From Squalus acanthias (Eukaryota): a stretch of DNA of 64,000 nucleotides. Positions 37,997 to 50,923 of the stretch are shown one piece after another. The stretch's first letter is position 1, and each line of letters opens with the position of its first letter. The position numbers and the translations under genes were made by a program. Below the pieces are notes generated by a model. That model saw only the letters and a program-made list of their open reading frames with translations, had not been told where the DNA came from and searched no databases. The stretch lies in assembly GCA_030390025.1 (NCBI GenBank), contig CM059431.1, forward strand, positions 123,382,001 through 123,446,000, in the 5' to 3' direction.

Positions 37997-38181
37997 GGAG
38001 GTAAAATCTGTCTTGGGCGGTAGCGCTAACTGTCGATAGCGAATCGGCAGCCCGTTTTACACCCTGCTTGATCTTCTTTTCCCTTGAAGTCAATGTAAAC
38101 GAAACTCAAGTGGTGTGTAAAATGGGCAGCCTCCCTGCAACCGCCTGTTTTGCTCTACCGCCCAATATGAATTTTACCCCC
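37997..38181. mobile_element. PIF/Harbinger MITE
   Basis: TIRs ggaggtaaaat / attttaccccc, internally palindromic, flanked by a TAA TSD. Confidence 0.8.
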
Positions 38182-38986
38182 TAAATCTCCTTACTCTAGT
38201 AATTTCAAATAGAATTATTACAAAAGCACATAATCAGGTCTGAAACATGAAACAGAAAAGGTAACATGTCAAAATAGCAATTAAAAAAAGCATATTATAT
38301 AGATTATTTTACAACAGAACCTAGTTGGATGCACAGTCTCATAGTAATTAAAGACCTGTCATGAGATTGGTACATTTTGACAATGCCCTCAAGCACTTAA
38401 AGTTGCAGCAATGCTCCTCAATCTTGATGAGGGTTTCATGTCATGAAGTAAAGTATTTGGATGTCTGCTTTAAAGCAACTCTCGTATTTTATTTTTGTTC
38501 AGCTTTGCTGAGAAAGCAATCCATTCCCATGTGCCAGGACAAATGTCCCTGAAGTCAGCTTGGAGAACAAAGCATATTGAGGTGTGCTTGTGTTTCTACG
38601 ATTTTTCAATTCCATGAGCATTGAATTATTTTTCATCCAGTATCATCCAGAATATATACAGTGATGCTTCATGCTTCAATTGCCCTCTGATTATGTCTGT
38701 CTTATGAAACAAGAAACTGTTCAGCCATCTTGTTGCTTGACAGTTCTCATTAACACTTAACAATTTAAAAATATCTATATAGATTGCACCCCAAAGTTTA
38801 TGAGAGTAAACCTGCTTTGCAAGATGCATCACAAAAACTTTCAACCAAGTCAGAAAGGTGGAAATGCCTTTTCTCATTTACCTCTTGTTCAGAATGAAGA
38901 GCTAGTTCCAGTACATCTCCATACATGCTCCCGCTGGAGGCCACCTCCCCACCAATCTCTATGAGTATAGAACAGTGGACAAGTAT

Positions 38987-39100
38987 GGGGTGAATTTCCA
39001 CAGGGGTCCTCCCACTTGTCCACCGTAACTTCAGTGGAAGAGCCATGGAAACCCCAGAAAAAATTTGTGAACAGTGAATGAATCCCCGCAGAAATTCACC
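38987..39100. mobile_element. MITE, same family as 4826-4994
   Basis: ggggtgaatttccacagggg..gaaattcacc. Confidence 0.7.
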
Positions 39101-40385
39101 TTAAGTTCCCTGAATCCCTCCATCAATGTTATCTGTAAGCATCTTCCAAACAATTTGACAGCAGCCAAAATGTGTATACCCAGCCTATTAACACCAGCTT
39201 CCACTGCTGTATATATGGCACTTATGGAGACATGTGACTTCTGAGTATGTGTTCTAATATGGAACATGTTAAGATCTGTATCCTAAGACAACACAGAAAG
39301 GGCAAGCAGTATGCAAAACCTCTGCAATGCATCAGCTGACCCCTCAATAAACCTCCATTACTGTTACCCTGTGCATAATGATTTGTTGTAGGGTGTTTGT
39401 ATCTGTGCTGGTGCTTACTTCAAGTGATGGCAGCTATTCAGCTGACTGTTCCTCTCTAGCTGAACAATGTAGACTACTGGATTCTCCTTGCTTTATGAAG
39501 AGAGCAGTTGGTGCATCATGAGGTTGATAATGCAATGCTCACTGATGTGCATCTGGTGCAAACTCCATGCATTATGGGGTAGTGAAGTCTGAGGTATACT
39601 CAGTATCCATTTGGTTGGCATAACATCCCCTAACTCACCCGTGGCACTCTCATTATGGTCCTTGGTTTTGATGTAAATGAGGGTTTCTCCCCATAATGTG
39701 GCAGATGTGCCAGATGTAGTGTCCATTTGGAATGGACATTTCAGTGAAGCCATACCAAAAATTAATTTCTTAATAAAAAACTTTTGTATCATTACATGAA
39801 CCTAAATTGTACTAATTGAATGAAGCAACTCTGTTACTCTGTTTGTTTTACCTCACTTTGGAATAAAACAGTTTACCAATTGAACCAAACTCCGCCTCAT
39901 CTTGTGCTAACTCAGTCTGCCATTGGAGAGATTGAAGAAATGTACATGCAAAAGACACAGATATCCAGTTCAGATTGCAAGGGGATCATATTCTTAGTCC
40001 CTGGGTCTATTTACCATACAAGAAGATACAGGGCAATGTGAGTCAATTTCCTTACAAGTAAGCTGTTCAAACTGCTTTCAGGATCAACTGAGAAGGTATT
40101 TATAGCTGAGCCGCGTAATAACAATCACCCTTCTGTCATCCACTTTTCTTCTTTGACCTCCAATGACAAGCAAATGAAGGGGTCCTTGTGACCCAACCCA
40201 CTTATCATGAGAAACAGCCGGTGGTGCTTTACAGACAGCCAACAGCTCTTTTATAGCCAATTCTCTCTGTGGCACTCCCAACACATCATGCACCAAGCAC
40301 CATTAAAATATGTAAATGAGCTGACCTGGCAGTGTCGTGTGAGGTCAGCTGACTTTGTAGGATTATTATTCATTTCCCCCTATCA

Positions 40386-40944
40386 TTAGGGAAATAACCC
40401 TACTCCTAGTTCTAACCTTGAGCGGAAACCACAATCACAGAAAGTGGCACTAAGATTACTAAACACTTTATTCGATTGCTGAACAACAATAAGCAACAGG
40501 TCTAAATAATGCACACAATTGGGAACCCGGTTCAAAACCCAGATTGACCAGACCTCTGTTTTGGGGAGGCCCCGGAGATATTTTTCCTTGTCTTCTTCAC
40601 GTTGCCTCTCCTCCCGATAGCACATTTCGTTCTTTTTATACAGTTTTGAGGTTTTTCTCTTCTGGCTTCCGACTACCATAAAAGGGGCCTCCTCTGTCTT
40701 TTTTTTGTTGCGGTTTCCAAGTCATGACCTTTTCCTATTCTGCGTCTATTTTCTGTTTTTTCTAACAACAGACAAAAGCCTGTGGTTAGTTGCTGCTCCA
40801 GTGCACCTTTTTCTGTTTTCTGTTTTTCTTAGCAGCAGACACAAGTCTACTGTTTGTGATTAACCTGCAGGCTGGGTTTTCCATTAAAAATGGAGTCAAA
40901 AGTTCATGACATTTAAATAACCCAAAACAATCCTGTACCCTACA
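40386..40944 (-). mobile_element. Possible solo LTR
   Basis: Inverted-like ends ttaggga../..ccctaca; reverse-strand AATAAA and TATA-like motifs; TSD unclear. Confidence 0.35.
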
Positions 40945-41097
40945 ACATCGATGCAGATGCTGAGAGCGCTTGATGAGCAGCAGTCTCAGTGTAGATAAGG
41001 GTATTTATCCATTTCTGTATTGTATTATCATTAGATAAAACAAGCACCTGTGCATGGATTTGTTGTAACATATGGTTCACATTATAAAATATATGAT

Positions 41098-41290
41098 TAA
41101 GACATGTAACTAGCAGGGTAGATAAGGGGGGAACCAACGGATATAGTGTATTTCGATTTTCAAAAAGCATTCGATAAGGTACCACACAAGCGGTTATTAC
41201 ACAAAATTAGTGCTCATGGGATTGGGGGTAATATAATAGCATGGATTGAGGATTGGTTAACGGACAGAAAGCAGAGAGTAGGAATAAACA
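41098..41290 (+). mobile_element. CR1 RT fragment
   Basis: YFDFQKAFDKVPHKRLL..WLTDRKQRVGIN. Confidence 0.9.
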
Positions 41291-41480
41291 AGGTGAGCAT
41301 ACGTCCCTGTTTTCCGGGGACAGTCCCCAGATGAGGTACTATGTCCTCGAGCAAACAATGTCTCCGGAAGAGAGGCGGTTCACAAACCTCGTCCTCAAAT
41401 ACCCTCACTGCCACTGTATTTGATTAAGCTCCATTCATCCGCTGCTGGCTCCATCCCACTCTGTATAAAGAATTTTACGA

Positions 41481-43171
41481 TGATTGGGCTTGTTAAGCCC
41501 ACCCAGCCTGTTTCCCGGCCAATTGAAGGAAGCGGGTCTGATGACGTCACTTAATGACGCGTCATCAACTGGTTTCCTTAAAGGACCATGCCCAAATTGA
41601 TTTTGACAGTTGTGCTGTCAGTGTTCTACAGCATTGAGGTGCTGCAAACACTGACAAGCACAGAGGTGCACGGCTGCACCCAGTCTCTCCCATGACTCCC
41701 TCCATATGCTTATGGAGGGAGTCATAGCACGCAGGGAGGTTCTCTTCCTTCCACTGGGCGGAAGACACCTCCCCAGGAGACCAACGCAGCCTGGTTGCAC
41801 ATTTCACAGGAAGACACAAGCAGGGATGTCATCAGGAGGACCAGGCTGCAGTGGCACAAACCTTTCAATGATCTCAGTAGATCACGAAACGTAACTGCAA
41901 AGCCACACTCAGCCTCATCCTACTGTGCCACCCATCACATCCCATCATCTGCCTTCCCTACCCTACTCCGGCACATCCTTACTCACACCAACTTACCTTG
42001 CACCTCCACCCATCTCTGTCTATCTACATTATCACTTCCCCATCTCACTAGCCACCCCTCACACTCACCCTCATCCTAGTCCAATCATATCAACTAACAA
42101 CACACAAGGGTAGGCACTTGTGTGTTTTAGCCAATGTTCATGTGAAGTTTCTGTTAATGTGCTGTCAAACATTGAAATCTTTATTTTCAACACTTTGTGT
42201 TCAAGGACAAATTTGTGTGCACTTTTGGAAGTGGCTTAGTGAGTTGTAGTGAATGGTTAGACATAACGGTACCCCCCGCAATGGCGATGAGTGTGAAAGG
42301 AATGGCTTGGGCATTGTAGGGATGCTTGCTGGTGTTGGTGTGGGATGGTGCCAACCTGTCGCACCATGTGGCAGCCAGGGTGTACAGCAGTAAGTGAAGT
42401 AAATGTGGCCATGGTGAGGATATCCCTGGCGTCCCGGGCAGCAATTTGGCCGGGTGCTGATGCCCTGTGTCATGTGCAGCACCAGCTTATTGCGGAGAAG
42501 GTTGGTGTTGTTGTTGGTGCTGCTGGTGTGCCTGGTGCTGGTGTGCCTGGTGACGTTGGTGTTGGGGCTGATCATGGTGGGATTCTGAGGGCCAAGGTGA
42601 GATTTTTTTCAAGGGCACTGATGCTGATTGAATAGATGGCAGGTGAGGTTGAGATGACAGAAGCGATCTGTCAATGGTGAGAGAGTTTGTTCCAATGAGG
42701 TGACACTGGATAGTAAGTTTGCTCCAAACACTTGCAAGTTGCATAAAGCTCAATCTGTGTTCCAAATGCAGTAAGCAACAGCTTCTGAGCTTGGAAAGTG
42801 AAGTCTATGAAATGGGAGCTTTTATAGACCATTTTCAGTTGTCAAGTTAAGAAATCATCACGTGCTGACACAAGACCCGACCTCCTTACCTGACGTGATC
42901 CCCGAACAGCGGGGAAGCTGTTGGCGAACTCTAAAAATCTAAAGATAAGCTTAAAATAATACTTAATTGCCTCTTAACAATCCAGCTAATGATCTAAATT
43001 GCCTCCCCTGCCGCTTGGTGTCAGGTCTGTTGTGCGATGACAGACCCGACATCTGGGAGACTAACGTGGAGGCGGGTTGACAGCAGGTTCCCGACCCGCT
43101 GTCAAAAAAAAACATTTTCCCAGCTGACCCGCCTCCGAATGCGCCCCCTAACCCCCCAAAAAATTCTGGCC
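41481..43171 (+). mobile_element. Non-autonomous Harbinger family B, copy 1 (5' truncated)
   Basis: Collinear with 53485-55233. Confidence 0.85.
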
Positions 43172-43401
43172 ATAAATTCAGATAGTAGTCAGATACTATC
43201 TTAATTACACAAAATGTAGTGTAAAATAGTAAAATATTCTGTCACTAAATGAACAAAATGATTCATCGATCGATTACATGTTGTACTGAAAATCTACGTG
43301 GCTCGAGTCTGAGGTGCCTCCGATGCGAGAGGTGTTCTCTTTTTAGTGTGCTGAGTACGGGAGCCCGAGGCTTCGCAAGGCCTGAACTATAATCACTTTC
43401 C

Positions 43402-43544
43402 CTGGAGTCCTTGTGCTCAGGATCCACTTCTGTGTCGAAGACAGCGATGAGAACTCCCCTGCCGTCGTACTTTGGGTAGCGGGAGAGGAAGAGGCAGCAC
43501 TGACCTCTTTCTTCAGTGAAGTTGTTATGGAGGTGAGCAGCCAC
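43402..43544 (-). pseudogene. TPP2: Decayed copy of tripeptidyl peptidase II exon 1
   Basis: [32 protein letters not shown]/AQGLQ versus vertebrate TPP2 [39 protein letters not shown] (recalled from memory); GTG at the start position, two frameshifts, donor degraded to ggaaag. Confidence 0.88.
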
Positions 43545-43877
43545 GACTCGGCTGCAAAATGGAGAGGACATATTCGAGTACGCAGAGCGTTCTGGGTACG
43601 GACGTCCATCATTGGGGCCCAGATTCGCGGAACAGATCCTTTTAAGATTGGGCCAGGGAGAATCGCTTTTGTGAATTATTAATTTGAATTAAGTATTACT
43701 ATGTTTTTTCCTCGGCTGCAGTTCAGATCTGTCTCTAACCCACGAGAAGTGAAAGTGGATAGACTAATGTGCAGCTCGAGTTCTGGCTTGCGTTCTATTT
43801 CTGTCCCATCCCACGGGCTGAGTAGAATTAATTGGTGGGCTGGATACAGCCCGCAGGCCGTATTTTACCCACCACTG

Positions 43878-44226
43878 GGGTAGATGCTGGGAAGATGTTT
43901 CCCCTGGCTGGGGGGTCTAGAACTCGGAGTCACAGTCTCAGAACAAGGGGTCGGCCATTTAGGACTGAGATGAGGAAAAATATCTTCACTCAGTGGGTGG
44001 TGAATCTTTAGAATTCTCTACCCCAGAGGGCTGTGGATGCTCAGTCATTGAGTATATTCAAAACAGAGAGCGATAGATTTTTGAAGACTAAGGGAATCAA
44101 GGGATATGGGGATAGTGCGGGAAGGTGGAGATGAGGTAGAAGACCAGCCATGATCTTATTGAATGGGAGAGCAGGCTCAAAGGGCCAAATGGCCTACTCC
44201 TGCTCCTATTTCTTATGTTCTTATGG
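43878..44226 (+). mobile_element. CR1 3' end
   Basis: Similar to 3865-4216; tail TTCTTATG x2. Confidence 0.9.
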
Positions 44227-45320
44227 AACAGTTTGTCAGCACACCATCCAAACTCATCTCCTAATAAATACGTATGAATTTCACTTTTAATAATTAGCAA
44301 CGTGGATTAAGATAGGGTGGTTTGACTAATGGGAATTCATTCTCTATATAATTGCACAATTTTTTTGTTGAAAATATCAATAGCTACCACTTAACTTCAG
44401 CTCCATATGTGTTCTTCATCTCTATATCAAATCAGGATGATTTCTGGCATTGAAATCTATTTATTTATCTCTGTCAGTATTTTTTTCTGAAAATCTCTGT
44501 AACTAACTCATAAGTTTATTTCAATACCTGTCCAGTCTTTCTACTTCACGATAATATTTTTGCCTTATCTCAATGCTCTTTAACAAATTACAAGAGTTCT
44601 TCCAAACTTCTGTTCAACTCCTCACAGTTGTCAAGCCTAGCCTGATAGGCTCCATGTCCCATAGCCAAGCTCTTTTTCTCCACAGCATGTCAGTGGACTA
44701 TTTTGCTTGACCAGTAAGGTCTGTCCATTTCTCCATTACACAATCCAGAAAGACCTCAGTTGGATATTCAGCTAAGTAAGCTTTATGGATTTGCCACTGA
44801 GCCTTTATGCTAAGGTTTTGCACACACCACAGCAGGATTAATTAAATTAAATATTTGTCATTTACGCTGGCTAAATGGATCATTAGCTGTTTGAAAAGTA
44901 TGAAATGAACATTAATACACATGAATCATCTTTGGCCGATAACAATTTTTTGTTGCATGAAATTAACCATAGCAAAATTACACTCACCACCATTTTAATG
45001 ATAGGGTCATTCAATCTATGGAAATCAGGGCATATTTTGAAAATAGACAAATATATGCTTCTTAATTTGCATCCTCTGGTATTTGAATCCTTGACCATAG
45101 CAAACAATATGTATGGATTGAGTTTATTAATCCTCTTCAGGATCTTAATACTCTCCTCTTTTTTCAAAATTTCCTTTTTTATTCATTTTCGGGATCTGGG
45201 CAATACTAGCAAGGCTACATTTATTGCCTATCCCTAGTTGCACCCTTCAAATTTCATAAATGCCATCACTGAAAGCTTTGTAAGCATCATTTGCAACAAG
45301 ATATGTAATATCACATAGAA

Positions 45321-45502
45321 GGGGTAATTTTGACTGTTTGTGATAGTGTAAAATGGGCGATATCGGATCAGCCGTCCGTTATACATCTCTCCCGATATTC
45401 ATTTCCATTGAAGACAATGATAATGAAAATCGTGAGAGATATACAATGGGGGCTGATCTGATTTTGCCCATTTTACATTATCGCACAAAGTCAAAATTAC
45501 CC
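45321..45502. mobile_element. Palindromic MITE
   Basis: gggtaattttgact / agtcaaaattaccc; the whole element folds back. Confidence 0.8.
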
Positions 45503-45674
45503 TCAGTGTGTCTGAAACAGATGCAAAGTTCAGCCTTTCATAGCATTGCGTTTCCAGGATGTGCTCCAAATTGCAGCTTTGTGGTTTATTCCAACTTTCT
45601 CTTTTCTGAATGCGGTGATTCACGTTAGATGGTAGCAGCCTTTTAGGTCTCAACCTTGTTACTATCCTTCACGT

Positions 45675-46068
45675 GTCAGCTGTGGCTCAGTGGGTAGCGC
45701 ACTTGCTTTTGAGTCAGAAGGTTGAGGGTTCAAATCTCACGCAGTCTTTCGGATGAGATGTTAAATCGAGGCCCTGTCTGCTCTCTCAGGTGAATGTAAA
45801 AGATCCCATGGCACTATTTTGAAGAAGAGCAGGGGAATAATCCCCAGTGTCCTGGCCAATATTTATCCCTCAATCAACATAACAAAAACAGATTATCTGG
45901 TCATTATCACATTGCTGTTTGTGGGACCTTGCTGTGTGCAAATTGGCTGCATCGTTTCCCACATTACAACAGTGACTACACTTCAAAAGTACTTCATTGG
46001 CTGTAAAGCGCTTTGAGACATCCGGTGGTTGTGAAAGGTGCTATATAAATGCATGTCTTTCTTTCTTT
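45675..46068 (+). mobile_element. tRNA-derived DeuSINE (SacSINE1-like)
   Basis: A box tggctcagtggg, B box gttcaaatc; Deu-like core (ggatgagatgttaaatcgaggccc..aagatcccatggcactatttt); L2-like tail gctatataaatgca. Confidence 0.85.
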
Positions 46069-46441
46069 TATGTGATCCTAAATCCTAGATAGGCAATTTA
46101 TTATGAGGAGCATCTGAGTAGAGATGGATGTCTACACAATTCATGTCCATACATATTCTCTGCCCAACAAGAGTTGCTGGACATGAATCAGAAGCAGGAA
46201 CACTAGCGTTTTATTCTCTTTCCGGCTCTGGAGAATCTGAGGCTAGTAATAGTGCCTTAACATTCTTCCAGATAAGAACAGCTAACTTAGAGAAGAATGG
46301 CCATTGAACCTGACAGCTTAGTAGCTCACTAGGCAGTGTATTACTCACCAGGTCACGAAAGGAGTTATTGAGGTTTCTGTTTACTAATTTTTATTTAGTT
46401 TATACTAGACCCTGTACATGTCCCCATGTATATCATGATTC

Positions 46442-48189
46442 TGCCTGGAATTTTGCCGGCCCTCAGCGGGCGGGATGGATGGTGGGTCAGCTGTTAAATT
46501 GAAAATGATTGACAGTGGGTGAGGAACACGCTGTCAAACGTGCACACTGGACTTTCCCAATGTCGGGTCTGCTGGCGCTGAGCAGACCCAACACGCAGCG
46601 GCGGGGGAGGCAATTAAAATCATTAGTGGCTTGTTTACAGCCACTTAACAATGCTTTTTCACAGCTTTTTGAATTTGACAGGTCGCCCATCAATTTCCCG
46701 CTGTGCCTAGACCTCGTCAGTGAAGCTGAGGCGGGAGGTCAGTGGCCATTGAATCAGCTGATGAGTTCACAGTTTCAAATGTCAAGTCAAAGCTCCCAGC
46801 TGATTGAGATATGTTCCCTTAACCACTAGATTCTCTCAACTGCATTTCCACTACAGATTCAGAATGCTGCAAGTCTTTACACAAGTCTCCATCCAGTCTG
46901 ACCTCATTACCTCTCCCACCATTGACAGATCGTTTCTGTCATCTCTACTTCACCTGTCATCTATTCCAGCAGCATCAGAGCACTTTATACTCTATTATCT
47001 TGGTCCTCAGAATCCCACCACGATCAACCGAACACCAGCATCACCAGGCACACCAACATCATCAGGCACACAAGCAGCACCAACAACACCTACCTTCTCC
47101 ACAATCAACAGATGCTGCACAGGACACAGTGCATCAGTACCTGACCACATTGCTGCCCAGGATGCCAGGGATGGCCTCAACATGGCCAGATTTACTTCAC
47201 TTGATGCTGTACACCCTGGCTGCCACATGATGCACCAGGTTGGCACCACCCCACACTAACACCAAAAGCATCCCTACAATATCCAAGCCATTCCTTTCAC
47301 ACTCATCAGTATTGTGGGGGTAACCGTTATATCTCACCATTCACTTCAACTCACTAAGCCACTTCCAAAGGTGCACACAAATCTGTCCAAGAACGCAAAG
47401 TGTTGAAAATAAAGATTTCAATGTTTGACAGCACATTAACAGAAACTTCACATGAACATTGGCTAAAACACATAAGTGCCGACCCTTGTGTGTTGTTAGT
47501 TTGTATGATTGGACAAGGATGAGGGTGAGTGTGAGGGGTGGCTAGTGAGATGGGGAAGTGATAATGTATTTAGAGAGGGATGGGTGGAGGCAGAAGGTAA
47601 GTTGGTGTGAGTAAGGATGTGCCGGAGTAGGGTAGGGAAGGCAGATGATGGGGATGTGATGAGTGGCACAGCAGGAAGAGGTTGTGTGTGGGTATGCAGT
47701 ATTGTTTCGTGATTTACTGAGATCATTGAAAGGTTTGCGCCACTGCAGCCTGGTACTCCTGACGACATCCCTGCTTGTGTCCTCCTGTGCAATGTGCAAC
47801 CAGGCTGCGTTGGTCTCCTGAGGAGGTCTCTTCCACCCATTGGAAGGGAAGAGAACCCCCCTGCATATGGAGGGAGTCATGGGAGAGCCTGGGTGCAGCC
47901 CTGCACCTTTGTGCAGTGCTTGTCAGTGTTTGCAGCTCCTCAATGCTGTAGAACACTGACAGCACAAATGTCAAAAGAAAGTTGCGCATGGTCCCTTTAA
48001 GGAAACCGGCTGATGACGTGTCATCAAATGACGTTATCAGATGCGCTTCCTTCAATTGGCTGGGAAACTCGCTGGAAGGGCTTAACAAGCTCAATCAATG
48101 GAAAGTCATTTCGGAGGCCAGGGTGGAGACAGGAGCAGTGCCAGGACCCGCCACTGACGTCACCTGCCGAGGTCGGGAAAATCACAGCC
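46442..48189 (-). mobile_element. Non-autonomous Harbinger family B, copy 2 (inverted)
   Basis: Reverse-complement similarity to 53485-55233; TIR-like ends. Confidence 0.85.
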
Positions 48190-48837
48190 TCTGAGTTTTT
48201 TAAAAGCAGTGTATTGACTTGTAAAACATACAACATGCATTCTGGGATATTTTTAACTAAAAGGGTTAATCATTGCACTTTAGATAACCTTATAAGAAAT
48301 ACAAGGCATTAATACATTCTTCTCTACCTAGGCGTTACTAATCAACGTACGAGTAGCAACATGAACTAAGCGGGTAGTCAAAGTTGAAGAGCAAAAGAAT
48401 TATTAATGTACTTTCATCTTTGAGCAGAAACTGCTTTCAGGAAATTGTCTTTTTATAGTGATTTAACCGTTAGGAAGAGAAAGGAGCAGCGAGATAATGG
48501 GAAGTTTAGTTCTTATAATATTAGAACAGTGCAAATTTAACATCTGACACATATTTGTTTAGTTAAATAACATCTTTCAAGATGATCCATGTGTTTGAAT
48601 TGGTCACTTTGAGTGGTCACTACAGGTCATGTTCTTTGTGATATTTTAAGGTATTTAAGGTTGGGCATTGTTCATCTAAATCAAAAGGTTTTTGGCAAAG
48701 CTAAACGTCTTGGGATGTTGTAGAGAGTTTTTGAAGAAGATCATTGACAGTTGAGAGAATGTTTATGAATAAAAAGTTTGAAAGTTTCAGAAAGGTTAAA
48801 TGTTTGTGCAAACAACTCAAATCAATAGAAATGAAAA

Positions 48838-49352
48838 TCAACAACTTCAGCAACAACTTGCATTTATATAGCGCCTTTAACATAGTAAAGTATCCCAAGG
48901 AGCTTCACAGGAGCATTATCAAACAAAATTTGACACTGAGCCACATAAGGAGATTTTAGGACAGGTGAGCAAAAATTTGGTCAAAGAGGTAGGTTTTAAG
49001 GAGCATCTTAAAGGAGGAGAAAGACGTAGAGAGGCAGACAGGTTTAGGGAGGGAATTCCAGAACTTAGGGCCTAGGCAGATGAAGTCATGGCTGCCAATG
49101 GTGGAGCAATTAAAATCACGGATGTGCAAAAGGCCAGGATTGGAAGAGCGCAGACATCTCAGAGAGTTTTAGGGCTGGAGGACGTTACAGAAGTAGGGAG
49201 CGGCATGGTCATGGATGGATTTGAAAATAAGGATGAGAAATAAAATCGAGGCGTTGCCGGACCAGGAGCCAATGTAGCTCAGCGTAACAGGGGTGATGGG
49301 TGAACAGGACTTGGTGCGAGTTAGGATACATGCAGCAGAGTTTTGGATGATC
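48838..49352 (-). mobile_element. L2 LINE 3' fragment
   Basis: IQNSAACILTRTK..PITPV; 3' tail ggcgctatataaatgcaagttgttg. Confidence 0.85.
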
Positions 49353-49884
49353 ATGAAATATGTATAACAGGCAGCTGATCCGATAGTGCCTGTTTTACAC
49401 TATCACCCAAAGTCAATAACTTAAGTGGAATATTGGTGGAAACTGTGGATAGATGCGTGAATGGGATTTCTGTTAAAGGTACACTGGTGTATCATAGAAC
49501 CCCTGAGGAAATTCCCAGTGTACGTTTATAAGCATAAAGAGAAAATACAGAAAAACAACAGCGGAATGTTACACTATGTATGAGGATGGATAAAGCTAGA
49601 AAAGAAGATAACCACAGAAAGAAGACAGTGACCATGAATGATTGCTTGCCATAGGCACCTCCAGGTGTGAGCCCACAGGGTTCTAGAAAAAGGCAGAACT
49701 ACACTTCAAAAGGATGGATTGCATGATCTTATACTAAAGTCACAAAGAGACAGCCTTAACACTGGAAAACTCTAAAGTTAATCTTGCTAATTCCATACTG
49801 CAATCGAATATAACTTTGTTATACTTTTATTAATAAAAACTCATAGCCTATGAGATATTATAATGCAGTTATTGTTGTACTTTT

Positions 49885-50056
49885 GGGACCTGAAATTCAG
49901 GAGGTGGGGGGTTCTCCTGGCTTGGTTAGAGACTGGCGGAACACCCAGAGAAATGGCATGTATGTCCATTTTCAGGGGTTTACACCATTTCCCTGGGCAG
50001 TCTCCAAAGAGAGAAATGGCAGGAGACTGGGAAAACCCCCACAGAATTTTAGGGCC
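49885..50056. mobile_element. MITE
   Basis: ggacctgaaattc / gaattttagggcc termini, internally palindromic. Confidence 0.55.
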
Positions 50057-50777
50057 ACAATGATTTCAATTCTGCTGATCGATATTAAATATCTGTTTAC
50101 CTCTACTTGTAGTTGTATGAATGGCATTATTGAAGAGTATGAATATGTGTTAGTTATTTCATCTCTGTGTTTAACTTGGATTTTGATGCTTCCAGCTAAT
50201 AAGGGTTAAGTTGCATTTCAGTTGGTTTATACAGAGGTCCTGTTGTTCATTATTCAGTGATTGACATTTTTCTGACAGTATCATGTGGGACAGTCCAAAG
50301 CTAGATATTTTCGGCATCATATATGAAACCCGACACATGAAAAGCAACGTTGATTGGATGGAGGAAGATTCATCTGATACCCTTCAAATAAGATAGATTG
50401 CAAAGTGGAATTTCCAATACAGTTTTTCTAATGAGGAGTGGGATTTACCATTCATATATCCTGCAGTTTGATATTTTCATCGTGATTAAAAGACTCAAGA
50501 CAATTCCCTGCACACTCCACAATGCCCAGAGGGCAAAACCAGATTGCCTCAGGCACCAAGTAAAGAACTAGATTTTTAAATCCTGCCAGACAGAGCCATT
50601 TTGGATTCAAATTAGGCTGATTGGGAAATTGTCAGGGCGGAAGCGACATTGTCACAATTGGCTTGATTTTCGGGTTGAACTTTCACAAAACTAACACGAG
50701 GTTGATACTTTATGGAAACAACTTGCTGCATTGTATGCTAATGCTACGCTGGGAAGATTTGTCAATTAATAAGTAAA

Positions 50778-50875
50778 TAAGAAAGAAAGACTTGCATTTA
50801 TAGTGCACATTTTACGACATCAGGACGTTCCAAAGCATAAGTACTTTTGAAGTGTAGTCCTGTAGTAATGTGGGA
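50778..50875 (-). mobile_element. DeuSINE/L2 3' tail fragment
   Basis: Reverse similarity to 45955-46068. Confidence 0.65.
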
Positions 50876-50923
50876 AATATATTACATCAGTAATTTTTGA
50901 AAATATAGGCCTTGACAGACACT

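Larger units (their letters stand above)
27265..44771 (-). pseudogene. Multi-exon unprocessed pseudogene, protein family not recognised
   Basis: Exons 44771-44528, 44456-44388, 40325-40202, 39726-39639, 39282-39180, 38958-38882, 38811-38321, 33425-33302, 31417-31321, 30166-30107, 30031-29926, 28250-28214, 27692-27662, 27531-27265; AG/GT borders (one AA acceptor, one GC donor); compatible phases; internal stops and frameshifts. Confidence 0.75.

Noticed and set aside
40250..40265. Minus-strand ATTGG plus TATAAAA as a promoter
   Set aside because: Lies inside a phase-compatible exon of the pseudogene (ELAIKE codons)
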